Assembly: GCA_949841595.1 (NCBI GenBank)
Contig: CATKZB010000011.1
Location: 1-32,000 of the forward strand
DNA: 32,000 nt
Direction: 5' to 3'
DNA from: an uncultured Christensenella sp.
GTDB taxonomy: Bacteria; Bacillota; Clostridia; Christensenellales; UBA1242
This document shows positions 1 to 6,210 of this stretch, in pieces. Below the pieces are notes generated by a model that had not been told where the DNA came from, searched no databases, and saw nothing but the letters and a program-made list of their open reading frames with translations. Made by a program: the position numbers and the translations under genes. How positions within the stretch are numbered: the stretch's first letter is position 1; the number at the start of each line of letters is the position of its first letter.

Positions 1-206
1 AAAATTTAAAAAAAGATGGTGGCATTATTGGTAAGTTTTGTGTTATGAGAGGAATTGATTTAATTGATGGGGAACTTGGACTTTTAAATTGGCTTAAATT
101 TGGAAAAGAAATTAAAAGAACAATTAAAAACACTGCAAAAGAAACTCTAAGTTATGTTAAATCAGCTTCAAACAAAGCAGATAACTTGGGTTTGGAAAAG
201 GGTTGA
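1..206 (+). CDS. C-terminal fragment of a hypothetical protein (5' end outside the window)
   Basis: Frame 3 is open from the window edge to TGA at 204-206 (...KFGKEIKRTIKNTAKETLSYVKSASNKADNLGLEKG*). A hairpin and T-run follow. No domain recognised. Confidence 0.45.
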   Translation, partial: NLKKDGGIIGKFCVMRGIDLIDGELGLLNWLKFGKEIKRTIKNTAKETLSYVKSASNKADNLGLEKG

Positions 207-226
207 TTTTTTCAACTCTTTTTTAA
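199..226 (+). terminator. Intrinsic terminator after the partial CDS
   Basis: About 8-bp stem (agggttga / tcaactct) around a T6 loop, followed by a T-run. Confidence 0.5.
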
Positions 227-253
227 TTATATTCATAAAATATTAAAAAACAC

Positions 254-282
254 TTGTCAAATGTTTGTTTTTATGTTAAAAT
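254..282 (+). promoter_or_regulatory. Sigma-A type promoter for tRNA-Leu
   Basis: TTGTCA (254-259), 17-nt spacer, TGtTAAAAT extended -10 (274-282), about 24 nt upstream of the tRNA 5' end. Confidence 0.55.
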
Positions 283-305
283 ATAGCCGTTCAACATCAA
301 TATTT

Positions 306-391
306 GCCGAAGTGGCGGAATGGCAGACGCACAAGACTCAAAATCTTGCGAGGGCAACTTCATGTGGGTTCGACTCCCACCTTCGGCACCA
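306..391 (+). tRNA. tRNA-Leu (anticodon CAA), class II with long variable arm, CCA encoded
   Basis: 86-nt cloverleaf folded by hand: acceptor GCCGAAG/CTTCGGC, anticodon stem CAAGA/TCTTG with loop CTCAAAA, 15-nt variable arm, T arm GTGGG-TTCGACT-CCCAC, discriminator A plus CCA. Confidence 0.9.
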
Positions 392-426
392 GAAAATTAT
401 GCTTCGCATAATTTTTTTTGTTTTTC
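371..426 (+). repeat. Direct repeat copy 1 (tRNA-Leu T-loop to 3' end plus terminator); att-like
   Basis: cgactcccaccttcggcaccagaaaattatgcttcgcataattttttttgtttttc recurs at 1478-1532 with about 4 substitutions and 1 indel. Confidence 0.8.
393..420 (+). terminator. Intrinsic terminator of tRNA-Leu
   Basis: Stem aaattatgc / gcataattt followed by T8. Confidence 0.7.
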
Positions 427-652
427 AAACAAAAGCCCAAAAGTGTTTGGGCTCTGTTGCCGATCAGCGTTCGCTTCGCTCTCTTGCATCAAATTAAACT
501 TAAATCAAACCCAGAGAAAGACTTATCTCATTGGATTGAGTTTTCGTTGAATTTATTTTGTTATCGTGTGAATTGTTGGAGATGCAAAGCTGAGCCACTT
601 GTATGACCATGCATATGACATAGTGCTTTTCCAAACAATTTTTTAATTTTAC

Positions 653-681
653 TTGATAACATTATTGATTTATGTTAAAAT
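653..681 (+). promoter_or_regulatory. Promoter of the lipoprotein gene
   Basis: TTGATA, 17-nt spacer, TGtTAAAAT. AAGGAG RBS at 690-695 before ATG 704. Confidence 0.5.
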
Positions 682-703
682 AAACATATAAGGAGATAAG
701 AAA

Positions 704-1306
704 ATGATAACTTTAAAAAAATATGCAATTAGTTTTATATTACTTTTTGTTATTACTCTATGCCCATTTATGCTGATGGCATGTGGAGAAAATTCTGAAA
801 CATTGAAAGTAGTTCAATCTTTCAAAACTGAATATTATGTTGGTGAAGTGTTGGATGTTTCAACGGGAATTTTGGAATATACTAAAGATGGAGAAACTAA
901 ACAGGTCGCAGTAACTTCAGAAATGATTTCAACTTTTACCACAAGCACTATAGGAACAAGAAATATGGTCTTGACATACAATGATAAAACAATTACAATT
1001 TCTTATACAGTCAAACCTTTTCAACTTGTGGATAATGTCAGATACAACGCAGTGGATAGTGATACTTTCAAGAATTATATGCAATTTGATTGTGCTAACA
1101 ATAAAGCATATTATTATGATGCAGGTGGACAAGAAACAGATATATCGTACTCTGTAATTGAGATGACAATAAGTAGCCAAGTTAAAGACAATGCTGTTGT
1201 CTATACATTAAACTATGCTGATTTTGATGAGCCAGCAACAATAACAATGCTATCTAAAAATTCATTCAAATTTTCCTTAAGAGATGAGGTTTTTGTGTTA
1301 GCATAA
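704..1306 (+). CDS. Putative lipoprotein with a bacterial Ig-like domain
   Basis: Signal peptide with lipobox LMAC-G. YYVGEVLDVSTGILEYTKDGETKQVAV...GTRNMVLTYNDKTITISYTV resembles bacterial Ig-like repeats. Strong RBS. Confidence 0.7.
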   Translation: MITLKKYAISFILLFVITLCPFMLMACGENSETLKVVQSFKTEYYVGEVLDVSTGILEYTKDGETKQVAVTSEMISTFTTSTIGTRNMVLTYNDKTITISYTVKPFQLVDNVRYNAVDSDTFKNYMQFDCANNKAYYYDAGGQETDISYSVIEMTISSQVKDNAVVYTLNYADFDEPATITMLSKNSFKFSLRDEVFVLA

Positions 1307-1308
1307 TT

Positions 1309-1336
1309 AAAAGCATATCAATTTGATATGCTTTTA
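1309..1336. terminator. Palindromic hairpin terminator after the lipoprotein gene
   Basis: aaaagcatatca / tgatatgctttt, about 12-bp perfect stem with A/T flanks. Confidence 0.6.
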
Positions 1337-1401
1337 ATTATTGCTTATAAATTAGTGTTCAATTTAGGCAATTAGTTGAGAGCAAATTAAACGCTTTTTT
1401 T

Positions 1402-1486
1402 GTGGGAGTCAGAACCCACGGTGGCTGCTGGCGAGGCGTGATGACAGAAATGCCAGAAGTTCGCTAATGCTCACAGACGACTCCCA
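1402..1486 (+). other. GC-rich, probably structured non-coding element of unknown class
   Basis: An approximately 85-nt stretch visibly richer in G+C than its AT-rich surroundings. tgggagtc (1403-1410) is perfectly complementary to gactccca (1479-1486). Inner helices include gtggg/cccac and ctggc/gccag. No ORF. Confidence 0.3.
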
Positions 1487-1532
1487 TCTTTTGCACCAGA
1501 AAATTATGCTTTGCATAATTTTTTTGTTTTTC
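1478..1532 (+). repeat. Direct repeat copy 2: partial tRNA-Leu 3' end plus terminator (attR-like)
   Basis: cgactcccatcttttgcaccagaaaattatgctttgcataatttttttgtttttc. Homology to the tRNA begins inside the T-loop, and there is no 5' half, so it is not a functional tRNA. Confidence 0.8.
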
Positions 1533-1559
1533 GGATTCGAGTTTAATTTAAATTGCCTA

Positions 1560-1588
1560 TTGAAATTTGGAAAGAACTTTGATAAAAT
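1560..1588 (+). promoter_or_regulatory. Promoter of avd / TR-RNA / RT
   Basis: TTGAAA (1560-1565), 17-nt spacer, TGaTAAAAT (1580-1588). Confidence 0.55.
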
Positions 1589-1606
1589 ATAATTAAGGAA
1601 AAAGGA

Positions 1607-2175
1607 ATGAACAAAGGAAGAAAATCAGTAGGCATACAGCAAGTGATTCCAGCAATTTCTGACAACAAAGAAAATTTGGAGGACAGGGTTGCAACGGCAA
1701 AAGGAGTTGCTTATGCTGAAAACAAAAAATATAAAGAAAACAAAGCGATTGCAGAAGAGATTCCAAAGATTGACGAAGGTTTGAAGATAAGATCAGGGAC
1801 AAGTGAATTGTTGGTCATAACAAAAGCGAAAAAACTGACTGCATATGTTGTGACAGTAACTGAAAAATCTCCAAAGCGTTTTAGAGCTGTTTTTGTGAAC
1901 AGAATGCAAAACTATTGTTTGGATACACTGGAAAATCTTATTGAAGCAAATTCATTGAGAATGGACAGTTCTAAAAACAGAGAGAAGAGAAAAGAATGTC
2001 AGCACAAGGTATATTTAAAACTGAAACTGCTTGGCTATATAACATTTCTTGCTTTGGAGAGTGAATGTATCTTAAAAAACAATATGAGCAAATTTCGCTT
2101 CAGCTTTCAGATTGTTTAAATTTGTTGGTTGCATGGCGAAAAAGCGATTCAGAGCGCCTTGGCAAAAAGACCTAA
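1607..2175 (+). CDS. avd: DGR accessory variability determinant (Avd-like four-helix-bundle protein), interrupted by a frameshift at A-run 2074-2079
   Basis: The ORF 1607-2119 contains KKLTAYVVTVTEKSPKRFRAVFVNRMQNYCLDTLENLIEAN. The expected last helix KKQYEQISLQLSDCLNLLVAWRKSDSERLGKKT* is in the -1 frame (stop at 2173-2175). The frames join at tt_A_AAA_AAC. Confidence 0.7.
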
Positions 2176-2265
2176 GGGGCAAAGTGAGCGAATATGCGCT
2201 TTTATGATGGATTAACTGTGGCGACACATTAATTAAGACAAGATTTAATAATAGGCGCAGCTTGT

Positions 2266-2375
2266 TTGGCTGCGCTCTGCTTAATCTAAGAACAATGTAA
2301 ACTATGTAAACAATGACGGCGACCTTAACGACAATAATTCAAACAAAACTAATTTAGGCCTGCCTCCAGATTTGC
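2266..2375 (+). repeat. DGR template repeat (TR)
   Basis: 110 nt matching 3949-4061. Read in the VR frame it gives W L R S A * S K N N V N Y V N N D G D L N D N N S N K T N L G L P P D L, which is rich in AAC/AAT codons. It is non-coding and lies between avd and the RT. Confidence 0.85.
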
Positions 2376-2392
2376 CTTAAAAAACAAAAAAC

Positions 2393-3604
2393 TTGTTTAA
2401 TCGGCCAGAAGTGTTTGCATCCAAGTGGAGCAATCGAGTGCTTAAGGCAAAGGAAATCTTGTCTTTTCCAAGTTCTCTTGCAGAATTGGAAGAATATGGT
2501 CATCTTGACAACCAATGCGAAATGCTTTGGAAGTTTACCCACAAGGAGGATGACCACAATTTTAAATACCAGGAGTCGAGAAGAGTGTTTGAAGAAGCAT
2601 TTACATTTGAAAAATTATTAGCTGCTCACAAAAAGTGTAGATGTTCTAAACAACACAAGCGAGCTACGATTTCCTTTGAAATAAATTTGGCAACAAATCT
2701 TTCCAGCATTTCTCAAAAAATTCTTTCTGAGAAGTTTAAATTGAGTGAATATCGAGTTTTCAAGATTTATGAACCCAAAGAGAGATTGATTGAAGCTTTG
2801 CCATATAATGACAGAGTGGTTTTGATGGCATTTTGCACAAACATCATTGAGCCAAAACTCGAAAAAAATTTGATTTATGACAATGTGGCTTGCAGAAAGG
2901 GGAAGGGCACATTGTTTGGTATCAAAAGACTACACAAGTTTTTGCATAACTTTTATCACAAATTTGGCGAAGATGGTTATTTTTTGAAATGCGATGTGAG
3001 AAAATATTTTCAAAGCATAAATCACGAGATTTTGCTTAAGAATTTGCATAAAACGGCTTTGGATGCAGAAGATTTGAAGTTTGTTGTAATCATTTTAAAC
3101 AGCAAAAACAGCGAAAGTGGAGTGGGACTTCCAATTGGAAACCAAACAAGCCAGTGGTTTGGACTTTTTTATTTAAACAAAATTGATCGACTTGTTAAAG
3201 AAACTTTGGGTGTGAAATATTATGTCAGATATATGGATGATATGATTTTGGTGCATCATGACAAAGAGTTTTTGAAGTTTTGCAAAGAACAAATTGAAAA
3301 GTGTGCAAATGAACAACTGAAGCTTCAACTCAACAGCAAAACTCAGATTGGCAAACTTTCAAATGGCATAGACTTTCTGGGTTTCAGACACATTCTAAGT
3401 AAAAATGGTAAGGTGCTATGTTTTTTGAGAGGTCATGGCAAACGGCGACTTACAAAAAACATGAGAAGTTTGCATAAACTGGAAACTGCTGGGCTTATTG
3501 ATGAAGAATATAAAGCTGTAAGGCTGAATGCCTATCAAGCACATTTAAAGCATTCTCATTCAAAAAAGTTGTATCTGAATTTGAAATCGAAATACAAATT
3601 ATAA
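2393..3604 (+). CDS. DGR reverse transcriptase (ORF opens at TTG 2393; the first ATG at 2522 is the more likely start)
   Basis: YEPKERLIEALPYNDRVV, FLKCDVRKYF, GLPIGNQTSQWF (IGNQTSQ at 3134-3154), YMDD (3230-3241), GIDFLGFR. No maturase or endonuclease domains. Confidence 0.88.
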   Translation: MFNRPEVFASKWSNRVLKAKEILSFPSSLAELEEYGHLDNQCEMLWKFTHKEDDHNFKYQESRRVFEEAFTFEKLLAAHKKCRCSKQHKRATISFEINLATNLSSISQKILSEKFKLSEYRVFKIYEPKERLIEALPYNDRVVLMAFCTNIIEPKLEKNLIYDNVACRKGKGTLFGIKRLHKFLHNFYHKFGEDGYFLKCDVRKYFQSINHEILLKNLHKTALDAEDLKFVVIILNSKNSESGVGLPIGNQTSQWFGLFYLNKIDRLVKETLGVKYYVRYMDDMILVHHDKEFLKFCKEQIEKCANEQLKLQLNSKTQIGKLSNGIDFLGFRHILSKNGKVLCFLRGHGKRRLTKNMRSLHKLETAGLIDEEYKAVRLNAYQAHLKHSHSKKLYLNLKSKYKL

Positions 3605-3667
3605 CGCATTTTCGGCATTATATAGTTAAGACTTGGGTGTAACTGAAAAATTTTTTACAAAAATGTA

Positions 3668-3696
3668 TTGAAAATAAGTTGTTTTTGTGATAGAAT
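3668..3696 (+). promoter_or_regulatory. Promoter of the DGR target operon
   Basis: TTGAAA (3668-3673), 17-nt spacer, TGaTAGAAT (3688-3696). Confidence 0.55.
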
Positions 3697-3739
3697 ATTT
3701 TTATAAATGCAAACATGCAAAAGAAAAAGGAGAAATATT

Positions 3740-5830
3740 ATGGCAATAAAAGTCCTTCCTATTGAAATTGGAAATACAGATGAAAATCAAGAAATGGGAA
3801 ACAAAAAATTCAACACAACAGATGCTGTGATTTTGGATTCTTATGATGATGTTAAAAATATCAACTCAAATTATAGAAAACGAAAAGCGACAGATTATGC
3901 AGTTATGAACGGCTGTTGTCTTGGGAGAAGCAATTCGAATGCCTATTATTGGCTGCGCTCTGCTGTCTCTCTGGGCTATGTATTCTGTGTAAGCTTTGAC
4001 GGCGACCTTTACGTCTACTATTCTTCCATCATCACTGATTTAGGCCTGCGTCCAGCTTTGCACCTTGATCTTAAATCTTTTATCTCCACGCGAAGCGTGT
4101 CGGGCACGGTGCATTATGATCCAAATGATAATTTATATAAAGTGCAAATGGGAGAATTCCCTCAAACTTATGTTAAAGACTCAGAAAAACTTGAAAGATT
4201 ATTCAAAAATGGCAGTTTGAGAAAAACTGGAAATACATACACTGGTTATATGAAAGACGATGGCAGTTTTGCTCAACATGAAGAATTTGTGTATAATGGT
4301 CAAAAATATGCCAGAGTCATTGTCAAAAAAGCTGATAGTGACAGCAAATTTAAGGATGGAACACTAGAGCCAGAAACTGGATCTGTGTGTTGGGCAAAGG
4401 TTGAACCAATATCTTTCAAAATAAGAAATTGGGATGATTTGCCAAAAGAAATCAATCCGAATGGAACTGGAAAAGCCAAATTTGTGAAGGTTGAAGCAGA
4501 AGATGCGATTTTGAGTGGGCTTCCTTTCTATCCAGAAAATGGACAAACAGAGCACACAATGTGGCAAAACAGTCTCGTTCGTGCTTATTTGAACGGATAT
4601 AATTTACATAAAGAAATTGACAAAGGAAACGGAAACAAAAAATTTAAAGCCTCCAGAAACTTTGATTTTGAAGGCAAGGGTTTCTTATACGAAGCAGGCA
4701 TAACTGCAGAAATGATTGCAAGTGCAACTGTGGAAGAAGATGAGATGACTGACAAAAAGGTCAATCCGAATCCATATGGTTTTTCTTTTGACGAACTTGA
4801 CAACGATCAACTTTTGAAACTTTATGTTGGTGCAAATGCATCAATCTTTTTGCATGGACCTTCTGGAGTTGGAAAGTCAGGGAGAGTGAAACAACTTGAT
4901 CCTACAGCAACAAGAATCACATTAAGACCTCAAATGAACCCAGAAGAAGTTGACGGAACTCTTGACAGAGAAACAGGAAAATTTGTTCCACCACTTTGGT
5001 ACACTCAACTTTGTGAAAAATGTCAACAAGAGCCAAACAGAAAACATGTGCTTTTTATTGACGAACTTACAAACGTGAAACCTACAGTGCAAAGTTTGAT
5101 CTATTCGATTGTTTTGGACAGAGCAGGAAAAGACGGACTTTGGCCATTGCCTGAAAATGCTGTTGTGGTTGCTGCTGGAAATGAAAATGAAGACAATTTG
5201 GCAGCTTATCCTCTTACAAATGCGTTGTTCAGAAGATTTAGTCACATTTATTATAAGGTTGATAAGTCAAGTTGGCTGGATTGGGCAACTGGCGTGTCAA
5301 AGATTCATACTCAAGTTTGTGAAACAAAAGAAACAGAACCAAGAGCAAGAATTCATCCTGCAATTGTTTCTTATATTATGAGCAGAGATGAAAACGTGCT
5401 TAATCAAGATTTGGATGAAGAAAATCCACAAATTGTTACAGACCCTCGTAAGTGGGAAATTGCAAGCAACGTGCTTTATTCAACGAAAAATCCTCGTGCA
5501 CTTCTTCCTGCAATAGGGGAAAATTTAACAGAAGATTTTGTTGATTTTGTTCAAAGCATTCATGTCAGTGTGGAAGATGTTTTGAAGGGAAATTTTGACA
5601 AACGAGATTTTCTTGAAATGAACATTAGCCAAAAATATTCTTCTTTGTTGGGACTTATTTCTGCAAAGGAAGAAGAACTTCCAAAAGTGCGAGGATTCAT
5701 TTCTGACACTTTGGGCAAAGAGCTTTTGGCTTCTTATGACAGTATTTGGGTGAGAAATGATCCTGAAAGAGCACAAATAATTGCTGAAACCAAGCTTATG
5801 ATGAAGGAGGACAAAGATGTTGTTAAATAG
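3740..5830 (+). CDS. DGR target protein: N-terminal C-type-lectin-like variable domain fused to a MoxR-like AAA+ ATPase
   Basis: The ORF track starts at 3707, but AGGAG lies 7 nt before ATG 3740. YYWLRS...GLRPALHLDL is the typical VR-encoded CLec end. Walker A GPSGVGKS (4856-4879), Walker B LFIDE (5051-5065), VVAAGNE...ALFRRF. No signal peptide or TM segment seen. Confidence 0.8.
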   Translation: MAIKVLPIEIGNTDENQEMGNKKFNTTDAVILDSYDDVKNINSNYRKRKATDYAVMNGCCLGRSNSNAYYWLRSAVSLGYVFCVSFDGDLYVYYSSIITDLGLRPALHLDLKSFISTRSVSGTVHYDPNDNLYKVQMGEFPQTYVKDSEKLERLFKNGSLRKTGNTYTGYMKDDGSFAQHEEFVYNGQKYARVIVKKADSDSKFKDGTLEPETGSVCWAKVEPISFKIRNWDDLPKEINPNGTGKAKFVKVEAEDAILSGLPFYPENGQTEHTMWQNSLVRAYLNGYNLHKEIDKGNGNKKFKASRNFDFEGKGFLYEAGITAEMIASATVEEDEMTDKKVNPNPYGFSFDELDNDQLLKLYVGANASIFLHGPSGVGKSGRVKQLDPTATRITLRPQMNPEEVDGTLDRETGKFVPPLWYTQLCEKCQQEPNRKHVLFIDELTNVKPTVQSLIYSIVLDRAGKDGLWPLPENAVVVAAGNENEDNLAAYPLTNALFRRFSHIYYKVDKSSWLDWATGVSKIHTQVCETKETEPRARIHPAIVSYIMSRDENVLNQDLDEENPQIVTDPRKWEIASNVLYSTKNPRALLPAIGENLTEDFVDFVQSIHVSVEDVLKGNFDKRDFLEMNISQKYSSLLGLISAKEEELPKVRGFISDTLGKELLASYDSIWVRNDPERAQIIAETKLMMKEDKDVVK
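3949..4061 (+). repeat. DGR variable repeat (VR)
   Basis: 113 nt aligned to TR by hand. About 24 substitutions fall at TR adenines, 3 do not, and VR has one extra codon. It encodes WLRSAVSLGYVFCVSFDGDLYVYYSSIITDLGLRPAL. Confidence 0.85.
4086..4110 (+). promoter_or_regulatory. GC-rich hairpin about 25 nt downstream of VR (candidate DGR target-recognition structure)
   Basis: ccacgc-gaa-gcgtg (4087-4099), with the alternative cgtg-tcggg-cacg (4096-4108). It is a conspicuous GC island inside an AT-rich gene and is absent downstream of TR. Confidence 0.45.
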
Positions 5831-6200
5831 TAAAGAAATTATTGAGTTATCAAAAATATCACCAGTTCTTGTGGTTGGTGCAAAAACTGAAGATTTTAAA
5901 AATGCCACTGTTTTGAAGGCAAATATACCTTCAAAAAGTTTGGGAGTGGTGAACACTGCAACAGGAATTAAGACTCCTCTTTGGCTTTTTCAAATTTTGA
6001 AGGGTGATGCAAGTCATCAGATTGTTATCGAAGAAATTGATAGCATTGATGCTTATTCTCAAGAAAAATTTTATGAACTTTTGAAATATAAAACAATAAG
6101 CAATATTGATTTGCCAGAAGATTGCAACATCATTGTGACTGCAAAAAAATTGGAAAATGTTTCTGCAAATATCGCTTGTTTATGTCAAATTGTGAAATAA
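5817..6200 (+). CDS. Small hypothetical protein, translationally coupled to the target gene; possibly a degenerate AAA-like domain without a P-loop
   Basis: ATG overlaps the end of the upstream gene by 14 nt, with AAGGAGG 6 nt upstream. IVIEEIDSIDAYSQEKFYELLKYKTISNIDLPEDCNIIVTAK resembles the Walker B to sensor-1 region. No GxxGxGK motif. Confidence 0.6.
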   Translation: MLLNSKEIIELSKISPVLVVGAKTEDFKNATVLKANIPSKSLGVVNTATGIKTPLWLFQILKGDASHQIVIEEIDSIDAYSQEKFYELLKYKTISNIDLPEDCNIIVTAKKLENVSANIACLCQIVK

Positions 6201-6210
6201 GAGGTGATTT

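Larger units (their letters stand above)
1560..5830 (+). mobile_element. Diversity-generating retroelement: avd - TR - RT - target gene carrying VR
   Basis: DGR-type RT motifs, an adenine-specific TR/VR mismatch pattern, an Avd-like ORF, and a GC hairpin downstream of VR (see component features). Confidence 0.85.

Noticed and set aside
261-606. Three overlapping plus-strand ORFs (261-497, 320-550, 418-606).
   Set aside because: They run through the tRNA-Leu gene, its promoter and its terminator. They have no RBS and low-complexity translations, so I treat them as spurious.
392-1477. The interval between the att-like repeats as a complete integrative element.
   Set aside because: It has no integrase, excisionase or replication gene, only a lipoprotein gene and non-coding DNA. 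I treat it as a remnant or junction.
1395-1500. The GC-rich element as a second tRNA, tRNA pseudogene, tmRNA or SRP RNA.
   Set aside because: No cloverleaf can be drawn: only the T-loop-to-CCA part is tRNA-like and the 5' acceptor strand is absent. It lacks the tmRNA tag/T-arm arrangement and the SRP GGAA/AGCAGC domain IV motif on either strand.
2393-3604. The RT as a retron or group II intron reverse transcriptase.
   Set aside because: It has the GxxxSQ motif and YMDD rather than retron-type motifs. It has no maturase X or En domain, and I saw no intron domain V/VI or msr/msd-like repeats. A TR/VR pair with adenine-specific differences is present.
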